From a virus, in the IMG/VR virus record IMGVR_UViG_3300032293_001294, positions 11,710 through 75,709 of that record: DNA of 64,000 nucleotides. The stretch is one strand, 5' to 3'. Both the position numbers and the translations under genes were made by a program. Shown in pieces: positions 55,583 to 64,000 of this stretch; the first letter of the stretch is position 1; every line of letters begins with the position of its first letter. The notes below the pieces were generated by a model that saw only the letters and a list, made by a program, of their open reading frames with translations, searched no databases and was not told the origin of the DNA.

Positions 55583-55591
55583 ATTATAGCA
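55583..55591 (-). promoter_or_regulatory. Extended -10 promoter TGCTATAAT for the giant gene
   Basis: Perfect TGnTATAAT 11 nt before the ATG; no Shine-Dalgarno. Confidence 0.65.
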
Positions 55592-55592
55592 T

Positions 55593-55628
55593 AAAAAAAC
55601 CACCGCAATAACTGCAGTGGTCTTTTTT
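55593..55628 (-). terminator. Intrinsic terminator of the capsid operon
   Basis: GACCACTGCAG / TTGCGGTGGTT stem followed by a T-run on minus. Confidence 0.75.
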
Positions 55629-55644
55629 ACTATTTGTATAGGAA

Positions 55645-55983
55645 CTACATCTTCTTAAAGTCGCCAGATGCTTGGGTGTCCATAAACTTAGCGGTCGTTT
55701 TTGAAACGCGAATTTGACGATCGATGTGGTGCAAATACTTTAATAACGAATTGTAATGTCCACGTGATAATACAAATTCAGTGCCATCAACTGGGAACTT
55801 TTTAAAGTTGCCATTAAACGCTACGGTTACAGTGTCTCCAATATAACGGGCGTACAAAGGGGAGATTGAATAACGAACGTTAGATTCTTGATAAACCTTT
55901 AGATCGTTTTGACGAGCTTTAGTTTCTCGGTCTTCAATACCTTTGATAAGACTGGATGTTAGTTCAAATGTGTCTTTTGCCAT
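55645..55983 (-). CDS. Hypothetical protein downstream of MCP (possible head accessory)
   Basis: AAGGAGG RBS; codon usage similar to MCP. Confidence 0.75.
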   Translation of the reverse strand: MAKDTFELTSSLIKGIEDRETKARQNDLKVYQESNVRYSISPLYARYIGDTVTVAFNGNFKKFPVDGTEFVLSRGHYNSLLKYLHHIDRQIRVSKTTAKFMDTQASGDFKKM

Positions 55984-56050
55984 TTGAGTGCTGCCTCCTT
56001 TCTTTAAGAGTACGGTTTAACCTGTCCCACCGCTAAAGGTTAGTAATCAA

Positions 56051-58051
56051 CTATTCGACGTTAGAACCTTCGTCGTTACCTTGAGCAGTTCCACCGAGAA
56101 CATCGGCTTCAACTGTGTCAACAAACTTCTTCAGGTATTCAGCGCGGATACCGGCAAACGTAGTTGCAGTATCAGTTACTAACACGTTTTGTTGTGCAGT
56201 AATGTCTTTTTTAAAGACAAACGCTTGAAGCTTAGTAGAGTATTGAGCTGGACTAAATACAGCACCAGATGCTTGTTTTAATTGAACTGTAATTGGGTGT
56301 AAAACAACATCACCTTTTTTATATTCAACGCCAGTAGCATAGAACTTGTATTGGTTAAACCCAGCAATATTTGGCGAACCAACAACACCACCTAAGTTAA
56401 CACCATCGACACGGAGGGCTTGTGAGCCATCAGCAAGGATTTTGTTTGGGGTAGCAGCGCCAGATGCCATTTCGGCTTCCGTAAGATATGCTTTATCGTA
56501 GTTCTTGAACACCACTTTTTCAGTAAGTGCAGCAAGTTCTGCGTAGCGTGGGATTCCGAAGGTTACAACAACAGCTTCAGGACGCTTAATTGCTAATCCG
56601 AAACCATCAACTTTGAAACCAATAGATTGACGTTGGTCGATTGGGTCAGCGACACCAGATGAACCTAACGCTTTGACGATGATTTTAGGTGAGTCAGACA
56701 CACCTTCCATCGTTAATTTGACTAAGGCTTCCGCACCGAATAAAACACCACGGTGAATTGGAAGTTGCATAAATGCACCAGCATCTAATAAAGCATTAAC
56801 GCCAGTTGGACCGCCTTCTTGAGTACTTGCAAAACCAACGTCGCCAGCGACACCTGCTTGAATTGGTTCATAAGCAACCATATTCGTAGCTTTATTGATG
56901 TAACGGAATTGTTTGCGTAATAACGCAGATGCAGTCGTAGGAGCGCCTGATCCAATAATGTTTAATGCGTTATATGCGCCAGTTGGTGAAGCATTAGCAA
57001 ATGACGTAAATTGAACACTCGGTGGGACTTCCCAACGGATTGCTTCTTCAATTGCTGAACCATCTTTAAGATAGGTAGTTCCAGCAAGATTAGACTTTGC
57101 AGTCACGCCAGCTTTAACTAACATACCTTCGTGGATGTCTAGATAGAAAATGAAGTTTCCTGGAGTAGCGGTGCTAACACCATTAATAACTACGTTTGCA
57201 GTAGTAGCAGGACCCATAGCATACAAACGAATAACTTCGTGTCCAGCTGCAGCTTCATAAACACCTGGGAATTCAATGTCAGGATACGCAAATTCATCTA
57301 ACATTGTTGGGACAAAGGACAATTCAAACATGTCGAATTGTTGACCAGTCGTCCAAAGTTTGCCAGTAGTTTGTTCGATTTCCATGTATTGTTTAACACG
57401 TGGGTCATCGATTAATCCATTAATAAATTCTGGTGAGCACACGTACATAAATTTACCGCCGACAGGTTTAACCATCATGCGTTTCATACGTGCCACTAAG
57501 AAGCGGAGATCGTCTAAACGGATTTCATCACCAAACGCTAAGTCTTGAACGCCTTCTTTAAAGTTGGCAAAGAATTCGTTTGGAGTAGATAACCAGGTTT
57601 TACGTGCGTAAAGTTCCTTGGTTTGGTTTGCAACTTCACCGTATTGAACGGAGCGTTCTGCAAGGACTTCATTAATAATGCTTAAGTCAAGCTTGTCAGT
57701 ATATTCTGACCAGCGACCGAACGAGAACACGTTACCAACTTCAATAGTTTCGTAAGCATGTTTGTCTGGAGCAGGTGGAATACCTTCTCTTAATGGAGTC
57801 AAGGTTGGAGTTAATCCAGCCCATCGACGGAAACGAGCGACAGTGTCGCCTCTGCGAATCGTTAAGGATTCAGCAGACTTTAAGTGTACATAGTTTTCCT
57901 CACCGTACTTGAGGGAGTCGATTAAAATGGTGTTGTAAAAAACGTTGGGATCAAACCCAGCGCGATACACGCCATTCGCATCGTAGAGCATACTGATTAC
58001 CGTATTCACGTTTTGTAAACTGTGAAGCGATAATAGCTTTTCATTGGCCAT
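56051..58051 (-). CDS. Major capsid protein (N4-gp56-like) with insertions
   Basis: FRRW..L...LTPL.EG..P; G..SEYTD; LGSSGVADPIDQRQSIGFK; strong AAGGAGG RBS. Confidence 0.85.
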   Translation of the reverse strand: MANEKLLSLHSLQNVNTVISMLYDANGVYRAGFDPNVFYNTILIDSLKYGEENYVHLKSAESLTIRRGDTVARFRRWAGLTPTLTPLREGIPPAPDKHAYETIEVGNVFSFGRWSEYTDKLDLSIINEVLAERSVQYGEVANQTKELYARKTWLSTPNEFFANFKEGVQDLAFGDEIRLDDLRFLVARMKRMMVKPVGGKFMYVCSPEFINGLIDDPRVKQYMEIEQTTGKLWTTGQQFDMFELSFVPTMLDEFAYPDIEFPGVYEAAAGHEVIRLYAMGPATTANVVINGVSTATPGNFIFYLDIHEGMLVKAGVTAKSNLAGTTYLKDGSAIEEAIRWEVPPSVQFTSFANASPTGAYNALNIIGSGAPTTASALLRKQFRYINKATNMVAYEPIQAGVAGDVGFASTQEGGPTGVNALLDAGAFMQLPIHRGVLFGAEALVKLTMEGVSDSPKIIVKALGSSGVADPIDQRQSIGFKVDGFGLAIKRPEAVVVTFGIPRYAELAALTEKVVFKNYDKAYLTEAEMASGAATPNKILADGSQALRVDGVNLGGVVGSPNIAGFNQYKFYATGVEYKKGDVVLHPITVQLKQASGAVFSPAQYSTKLQAFVFKKDITAQQNVLVTDTATTFAGIRAEYLKKFVDTVEADVLGGTAQGNDEGSNVE

Positions 58052-58081
58052 AGGGGCCTCCTTTTCTTTGAGAGTTCACGT

Positions 58082-58250
58082 GGCTACTTTAGAATTCAGA
58101 TCTATACCTTTAATAAAAAACGCCAGAAGGATAGCATTAAATAACATAACTTAAAATGGTTATATTACTTCACTACTCATTCTGGCGTAGGCATCCATGC
58201 ATAAACTGCCGATTTTTACACACTTCGATCTGGACACTAAAGTAGTCCGC
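58082..58250 (-). ncRNA. Structured 5' leader of the capsid gene (three-way junction)
   Basis: Long-range CTACTTTAG..CAGATC / GATCTG..CTAAAGTAG pairing enclosing two hairpins. Confidence 0.55.
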
Positions 58251-58266
58251 TACTATCTACACGTAT

Positions 58267-58275
58267 AATATAACA
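58267..58275 (-). promoter_or_regulatory. Extended -10 promoter (TGTTATATT) of the capsid operon
   Basis: TGnTATAnT just upstream of the structured leader; overlapped by the ACACAT/ATGTGT inverted repeat. Confidence 0.5.
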
Positions 58276-58379
58276 CATGCATATGTGTGTATTTAAAGAA
58301 AACAACCGTTTCTTTACAATTCACTCATAATGAATTGCGTTAGAATCGGTTGTTTATGAACAGATAATTTTACAATTAT

Positions 58380-58559
58380 CTACTTCATTTTCTTTAAGGT
58401 TTGCGCTAAACGTGCGCGTTGACCGAGCTTACCAGGCTTTTTAGCTGCGGCTTCAAGTTTACCAGCAGGAATTGGTTTACCTGTTTTAGCGCCTAATTGC
58501 TTACGCAATGCGCCTGGTTTTTTAATTGCATCTTGAATCCATTTTTTCTTACTTGCCAT
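58380..58559 (-). CDS. 59-aa very basic protein (MASKKKWIQDAIKKPGALRKQLG...)
   Basis: Hand-translated; GAGGAGG RBS; WI..AIKKPGAL...RA.LA.TL pattern I recognise from aquatic phages. Confidence 0.8.
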   Translation of the reverse strand: MASKKKWIQDAIKKPGALRKQLGAKTGKPIPAGKLEAAAKKPGKLGQRARLAQTLKKMK

Positions 58560-58797
58560 TTGTTCTATACCTCCTCACTTTATTAATAATCGATCTAGGT
58601 TGAGAAACAAATTGTTTACCAGCTCGGTTACCTGTTGCTTTTGCACGGTTCGTTGCTGCCTTTTCTGCTGAGCTTAATGCTGCCCAGGCTCTATCAGGTA
58701 AGTATCGTAGTTTGCCTTCAGATGGTTTACCACTTGCGGTACGCCACTTTTGATCTGTCCAACGATCTAATGAACGTTGACTAGCTTTTTTAGGCAT
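58549..58797 (-). CDS. Basic protein, DUF5872-like
   Basis: QRSL..WT.QKW.T..GK....RYLP..AW..LS. Confidence 0.75.
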   Translation of the reverse strand: MPKKASQRSLDRWTDQKWRTASGKPSEGKLRYLPDRAWAALSSAEKAATNRAKATGNRAGKQFVSQPRSIINKVRRYRTNGK

Positions 58798-58798
58798 A

Positions 58799-58915
58799 CT
58801 AATACATTCCTTTAGACTTCATCATTTTGCCTTTACCCATTTTCTTTGGGGTCCAGCTACCAGATAAGGCTGTTCCTTTAGATTTGAACATTTTGCCTTT
58901 GCCTGCTTTCATCAT
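58799..58915 (-). CDS. 38-aa K/M/G-rich peptide with duplicated GKGKM.KSKG
   Basis: Hand-translated; GGAGGAGG RBS; ATGA overlap. Confidence 0.65.
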   Translation of the reverse strand: MMKAGKGKMFKSKGTALSGSWTPKKMGKGKMMKSKGMY

Positions 58916-59088
58916 AACTTGTATCCTCCTCCACGCTTTTTATATTCACGCGCTAATAATTGCGCTTTGCGTGCTGACCATTCGCCTGGATCTCCGCCCT
59001 TCGTACCACGTTTAATTTTATTAAATAAATTTTTACGCATCGTTGGCTTGGTATAATTACCAGCCGCATTCACTTTTGATTTTACCAT
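58912..59088 (-). CDS. Basic protein (start MVKSK)
   Basis: NYTKP..R...GG.PG.WSARKAQ....YK..GGGY family pattern. Confidence 0.75.
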   Translation of the reverse strand: MVKSKVNAAGNYTKPTMRKNLFNKIKRGTKGGDPGEWSARKAQLLAREYKKRGGGYKL

Positions 59089-59360
59089 TTGACTTTGTCT
59101 GCCCAATACGCTGCAGACATTTTTCCTTTCGCAATATTTTTTGCGTGACGCGCTTTAAACGCTTCACGTCTTGCACGATAGCTTGCAGACTCGCCTTCTT
59201 TCTTGGGCGATCCACTTACACCTTGTTGACCAAAGCGAATAGTTTTTACATCATCACCTGACTTCGCTACAACAACGTGCGACTTCGTAGGATGATTAGG
59301 CGTGCGTTTAGGTTGATTATAACCAGACACACCTACACGATTAAGAATTGATTTTGACAT
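59082..59360 (-). CDS. Basic conserved phage protein
   Basis: NQPKRTP.HPTKSHVV.AK.G...KTIRFGQQG...F.ARH...SAAYWA...W. Confidence 0.8.
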   Translation of the reverse strand: MSKSILNRVGVSGYNQPKRTPNHPTKSHVVVAKSGDDVKTIRFGQQGVSGSPKKEGESASYRARREAFKARHAKNIAKGKMSAAYWADKVKW

Positions 59361-59652
59361 TTTGTACTCCTTTATTTACTATACCACGTTTATTTTTTAA
59401 TAGTAAAGATTTTATTGGCACTGCAATCGCTACGTTTACTGCCCAAGCAGGTGTAAAAGGCAACATTAAAAATGTCCAGATTGATCCAGCGATTACGTAT
59501 CCATTATTATCTTTAAAAACAAATCCGTATACTAAAGGTATTGCCCACGGCAATGATGTGATGATGTTTGCTATGATCCAACCAATCCAACCTTGTGGAG
59601 TAAGAAACATTTCTTTAAGTTCTTTTTTTAAACGATCAAATAACTTACTCAT
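59341..59652 (-). CDS. Small membrane protein (possible holin)
   Basis: Two to three TM segments with a basic C-terminus. Confidence 0.55.
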   Translation of the reverse strand: MSKLFDRLKKELKEMFLTPQGWIGWIIANIITSLPWAIPLVYGFVFKDNNGYVIAGSIWTFLMLPFTPAWAVNVAIAVPIKSLLLKNKRGIVNKGVQNVKINS

Positions 59653-60022
59653 TTTCTAACTCGTTAATTTCATCACGCCAGGCTTGTCTTTCTGCGTGTA
59701 GTTCTGGATACTTAAGATTTAATCCAGCTTGAATTAGTTCAGCATTAACAATAACTTTCCAATCTGTTGAAGCTAAAAGTTGTTTTAGTTCTTGAATTCT
59801 ATTAAGAGCAATAATTTTAGATTGAAATTTGCTTTTAAAAGTTTCGTCAATTACAGGTTTACCATATTTTATAAAAACAAAGTCTAAATTATCCATAATG
59901 TTTTTATATTCAGATTCATTTAATTCTAATTGAATTGAATGTTCGGAATTTTTAACAATTCCTATAAATGTTGCTTGCTTAGTTTCTTTATTATAATCAA
60001 GGTAATATATTGATTTTTCCAT
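59645..60022 (-). CDS. Tail-fibre assembly/chaperone-like protein
   Basis: Directly after the tail fibre; LLASTDW...RQAWRD motif. Confidence 0.6.
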   Translation of the reverse strand: MEKSIYYLDYNKETKQATFIGIVKNSEHSIQLELNESEYKNIMDNLDFVFIKYGKPVIDETFKSKFQSKIIALNRIQELKQLLASTDWKVIVNAELIQAGLNLKYPELHAERQAWRDEINELENE

Positions 60023-60032
60023 AAGTTACTCC

Positions 60033-63000
60033 TTAATAACCATATAATCTAAAGGCTGCGTTAAAGTTAAAGTTGTGTGAGACAGTAATTGTTGTTCCAG
60101 AATATGAAATACTTACGTTCATAATTTGAGATGCAGATCCATTAGACCAAGCTACACGATGTGTAACTGTTGTTGTATCTAAACTATAAAATTGTCCGTC
60201 AGTAGAAGTTCCTGCATCATTTGTAATAGTAAGTGGTAATCTAGCAATTACGGCACCGGTTGTAGTATCTTGGTGCAATTGTAAAATAAAATTTTTCATA
60301 CCTGTTGTAAAAGAAATTGTTCTTGATACGTTTTGACCTGCTACAGTTGTAACTCCAAGATGAATAAATCTAGTACCCCAGTAAATATTTCGTTCTGTAG
60401 TTAAGTCGGTAGATGATGAACTCAAAACACCTCTTGTAGCATCATCATTTAAAGTTCTAGTAGTTAGTACACCACTTGTAGTTGTAACAACTCCAAGGTT
60501 TGCTGTTGATCCAATTGCACCTGCATTAGTAATATTACCTAATGTTGGTATACGTGCAGTAGCAAAAGTACCGCTGGTAACATCAGATGCTGCATGACTG
60601 TGAGAGGTTGCAGCTTTACCATCTAACGAAGTTTGTAGGTTTGTTACATCGGAAATTGCGTGTGTGTGCGAGGCCGCTGCAGTTCCAGTAGAAGTTCTAA
60701 ATGTTGCAGCATCTTCTAGAGTAATAGTATGATCAGGATTCTTTTTAAAGAATAATGTAGATGCAGTAGCAGAGCTGGTCGTTAATAAGTTGCGACCTAC
60801 GTTACCGCTATCACTAATTTGTGAAGCTGTATGTGTGTGTGATGGTAAGTCACCTGAAGACAAAGTAGTTCCAGCCGTAACTAAACCTTTAGCATCATAA
60901 GTAATCTTTGTTGCCGTACCAGCAGTGATTGCTGCATTTTCATCAACCTTGCTATCTAATGCAGTTTGTAATCCACTTACTTCAGAAATTAAAGGTAAAT
61001 GATTTTCAGTAAACACTTCATACCAAGATTCCCATGTTCCGTTTTCTTTATTTCGAATCCACATACGACCATTACGCCAGGATGTAGCTAATTGTGTAGC
61101 CCAACTTGAACTACCCCCATATTGGTTATGCCAAATAGATTTATCTGATTCTCCATCAGTTGTAGGTACGTTTGTATCACCGTGATAAAATCCACTAATT
61201 ATAATATTGTTAGCATTTTGTGTAGTTAAGTTTGCTTTTATATCACTTAATGCAGACGTTGAAGTAGATAACGTACCACCTAGTGTTAAGTTTCCAGAGC
61301 CAGTTACTGTACCTGTTAATGTTAAACCAGAAACAGTTCCTGTACCACCTACTGAAGTTACCGTTCCTGTATTAGATGTATACCCAGATGGGTTAGTTGC
61401 TAAGTAAAAAGCTGAAGCATGATTACCATCTAGTAAATCTGCATCTAATGTAGATCCAGTACCGTCATTACCTTCATCCCATATTTTATATTGTGAAGTA
61501 TAATAACCACGATATAAATCTTGAACTTGTCCTCTTAAATATGGCCCTGTAAAAGTTTGTGCTGTATTAAAAGTAATAGAATTACTTGTTGTACCGGTTA
61601 GGTTTGTTATTGTACCACCCGCTAAAGGAAGCTTGGTAGCAATAGAGTTTGTAACTGTTGTAGCAAAACTAGCATCATCACCTAACGCAGCAGCAAGTTC
61701 ATCTAATGTATCTAATGCACCTGGTGCAGAGTTGATTAAGTTAGCAACAGCAGTTGAAACAAATGCAGTTGTTGCGATCTGTGTAGTATTAGTTCCCGCT
61801 GTAGCGGTTGGTGCAGTAGGAGTACCAGTAAATGTTGGTGAAGCTAATAGCGCATAGTTAATCATTGATGAACCAAGAACAAATGAAGAAGCATGGTATC
61901 CGTCTAATAAATCTGCATCTAAACCTGATGAAGCACCATCATTACCTTCATTCCAAATTTTACGCCAGGTAGATAAAGTTCCACCTACGTTTCTTCTAAG
62001 ATATAAATCATCTGTATGAAATGCTGCAGCAATATCTACATAATAACCAGCAGCGTTTCCGTGGTTCATGACTAAATGATGCCACCACTCGTTAGTAGGA
62101 TTGTTGATAACTGCACCATTTAACCCAGTACCACCTGTACCACTAATATCAGCCCACTGTAAAGCACTTAATCCATATGTAATTGAATCACGTCTTGATA
62201 ATTCGTTATGTGAATGAACTGCTGTTGCAAAAGCACTAGAGTGGTTACCATCTAAAAGATCAGCGTTTAGATTAGTAACAGCTGTAGTTGATGTAACAGT
62301 TAATGGAGATGTACCTGTAGCAACTGTCGAAGTAAATCTTGTACCTTGAACTATTGCAGGAAACAAAGCATTTTGTGACATATCATACGAATAAAGTTCA
62401 TTTGTATTTGCTAATGTGGAAGGTGTAAACCAATTATTCTCACCAAATATTCTAAGTTTATTAACTTGTGCTGTTGTTGGATAGTCGTTATTTTTTGAAG
62501 TCATTATAAAAGTCAACCGTAATTGCCAGTTATTTCCTGTCTGAGTTGTGCCACCACCAAGTGTGCCTAAGACTAAAGGAATATCATTCCAACCAGACCA
62601 ACCACTTATTGAATATGTTCCAAATGTTGACCAAGCTCCAGAGCTTTGATAATTAGCACCAGTTCTAGTTTCAACAAGAACTTGCATACCACCACTACTT
62701 GATACTTCTAAAAGCATTTTTCTTGGGTTTGTATAAACATAAGTATTTGTGCCATCTTGTGCAGTTAAGGTAATTCTTGTTCTACTTGATGTAGTATATT
62801 CACCACTGGTCCTACCAATAGGAACACCTACAGATGTAGTGCAAAATTGTGATTTTGTTGAAGCACTATAACCATAGTCAGTCCACGTTGAACCACCATC
62901 AGATGAATATTCAAAATATAAAGAGTTACCATTTATGAACGCTAGTCGATTAGCACTGTGTTCGTTAGATAAAGACATACCGATTGGTGTAACATAACCA

Positions 63001-63998
63001 TTTGTATTTTGACCACCCCACGATAAATAGGATTCACTCACTGAGTTAATTGGAATTGTTATATTAGCTGAACCATTAAATGATGTAGCTGTTCCAGCAG
63101 CACCTGTCCCCACGTTTATAGTTCTTGCGTTTTGTAAAGTAGTAGCTGTCGTAGCATTACCACTTAAAGCACCGGTAAATGTTGCAGCTCTTATAGTTCC
63201 ACCAGCATCAGGTACACCAGAAGAGTTATACGCTCCGTAATTTAAGACACCATTTGATCCAAGCCAAAGTGAGTTAGATACTCTACTACCCCAGTGAAAG
63301 TTTAAGTTAGGTGCATCTCTATCTTCACCATCACCTAATCCGCCTAACGCTCTTTCTCTTATAGAAATAGGCGAGTTTGCGTAGTCCCAAGTTAAACCTA
63401 ATGAAGAATAAAAAATTTGCATACCAGATGACGTATCACCTGAAGTATTCATGTAGTTATCTACACCAGCAGGTACAGCCCATTGACCATCTCCGCGAAG
63501 AAAAGTAGAACTAGATGCAGTTCCGCTTGCTACAATGTCTTCAATTTCTGTTCCAACAAAACTAACACGAACAAACAAAATACCTTCTGTTGCGTTTACT
63601 TTATTGACCGAAGCAACTTGAATTCTTGCATTTGAGTTTGTAGGTTCAGTTGGAGTTAATGCTCCAGCTGTAGATCCTGCAGATGCAAACCACAAAATTG
63701 CACCTTCCGTATAAGCGTTTGTATTTAAACCAGTTAATTCACCTTGCGTTAAGACATAACCAAAATCATTTGTAGCAAGTGTTGTTTCTGCAATACCCAT
63801 AAAGTAATCTGGGTTAGCATTAATTTCGCTTGGAACTGCTGGCTTCATTAAGATATGATCACCTTGAACACCAGCAAATTGAACGGCTTGTCCTTTGGTA
63901 ATCGCAGATTGTGCTTTACCATACATGTATAAGTATTTTAAATCAGCTTTATTAACGGCAGATACAGACCAAGTTCCGTCACCACGAAGAAAAGTAGT
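60033..63998 (-). CDS. Tail fibre / receptor-binding protein, 5'-truncated by the window edge
   Basis: T/S/G-rich; three L(D/N)ADLLDG repeats, SPTFTGTPTAPT..GTN.TQIATTAFV, ALDTL.ELAAAL, H.H repeats; frame stays open from 63926 to the window end. Confidence 0.9.
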   Translation of the reverse strand, partial: TTFLRGDGTWSVSAVNKADLKYLYMYGKAQSAITKGQAVQFAGVQGDHILMKPAVPSEINANPDYFMGIAETTLATNDFGYVLTQGELTGLNTNAYTEGAILWFASAGSTAGALTPTEPTNSNARIQVASVNKVNATEGILFVRVSFVGTEIEDIVASGTASSSTFLRGDGQWAVPAGVDNYMNTSGDTSSGMQIFYSSLGLTWDYANSPISIRERALGGLGDGEDRDAPNLNFHWGSRVSNSLWLGSNGVLNYGAYNSSGVPDAGGTIRAATFTGALSGNATTATTLQNARTINVGTGAAGTATSFNGSANITIPINSVSESYLSWGGQNTNGYVTPIGMSLSNEHSANRLAFINGNSLYFEYSSDGGSTWTDYGYSASTKSQFCTTSVGVPIGRTSGEYTTSSRTRITLTAQDGTNTYVYTNPRKMLLEVSSSGGMQVLVETRTGANYQSSGAWSTFGTYSISGWSGWNDIPLVLGTLGGGTTQTGNNWQLRLTFIMTSKNNDYPTTAQVNKLRIFGENNWFTPSTLANTNELYSYDMSQNALFPAIVQGTRFTSTVATGTSPLTVTSTTAVTNLNADLLDGNHSSAFATAVHSHNELSRRDSITYGLSALQWADISGTGGTGLNGAVINNPTNEWWHHLVMNHGNAAGYYVDIAAAFHTDDLYLRRNVGGTLSTWRKIWNEGNDGASSGLDADLLDGYHASSFVLGSSMINYALLASPTFTGTPTAPTATAGTNTTQIATTAFVSTAVANLINSAPGALDTLDELAAALGDDASFATTVTNSIATKLPLAGGTITNLTGTTSNSITFNTAQTFTGPYLRGQVQDLYRGYYTSQYKIWDEGNDGTGSTLDADLLDGNHASAFYLATNPSGYTSNTGTVTSVGGTGTVSGLTLTGTVTGSGNLTLGGTLSTSTSALSDIKANLTTQNANNIIISGFYHGDTNVPTTDGESDKSIWHNQYGGSSSWATQLATSWRNGRMWIRNKENGTWESWYEVFTENHLPLISEVSGLQTALDSKVDENAAITAGTATKITYDAKGLVTAGTTLSSGDLPSHTHTASQISDSGNVGRNLLTTSSATASTLFFKKNPDHTITLEDAATFRTSTGTAAASHTHAISDVTNLQTSLDGKAATSHSHAASDVTSGTFATARIPTLGNITNAGAIGSTANLGVVTTTSGVLTTRTLNDDATRGVLSSSSTDLTTERNIYWGTRFIHLGVTTVAGQNVSRTISFTTGMKNFILQLHQDTTTGAVIARLPLTITNDAGTSTDGQFYSLDTTTVTHRVAWSNGSASQIMNVSISYSGTTITVSHNFNFNAAFRLYGY

Positions 63999-64000
63999 AC

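Noticed and set aside
58548-58559. MASKK start resembling the mature L27 N-terminus (ASKK)
   Set aside because: A four-residue match in a Lys-rich protein with no further L27 similarity
59341-59652. Absence of an endolysin as proof of a wall-less host
   Set aside because: The window is not the whole genome, so a lysin could lie outside it
1-64000. Alternative genetic code (UGA=Trp or TAG recoding)
   Set aside because: Long genes are intact under code 11, Trp is TGG where checked, and TGA and TAG end genes at sensible positions

Overview
This window is most of the genome of an AT-rich tailed dsDNA phage (Caudoviricetes). No integrase or endolysin is visible, and genes run off both window edges. 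There are three blocks. (1) Minus strand, 1-14.6 kb: packaging genes (putative TerS, TerL, portal), a GNAT protein, VRR-NUC, MazG-like, a Prp-like cysteine protease and a primase-less D5/SF3 helicase. (2) Plus strand, 15.4-30.8 kb: early/replication operon (DprA, MoxR AAA + vWA, DnaG-type primase, SSB, SNF2 helicase, PolA, PD-(D/E)XK nuclease, Sak4-like ATPase), ending in a tRNA-like RNA. (3) Minus strand, 30.9-64 kb: tail fibre, small basic proteins, major capsid protein and a giant 8,230-aa protein carrying two-barrel RNA polymerase motifs plus DnaQ-like and SLOG domains. Mollicute-style DprA, Prp, strong GGAGG sites, TG-extended -10 promoters and TGA used as stop point to a code-11 Bacillota/Mollicutes-like host. 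The most striking items are an 85-nt RNA that looks like the tRNA-like domain of tmRNA with no mRNA domain, the giant putative virion RNAP, the phage-borne Prp, and many structured non-coding segments. All calls come from reading motifs by eye; no searches or folding programs were run.
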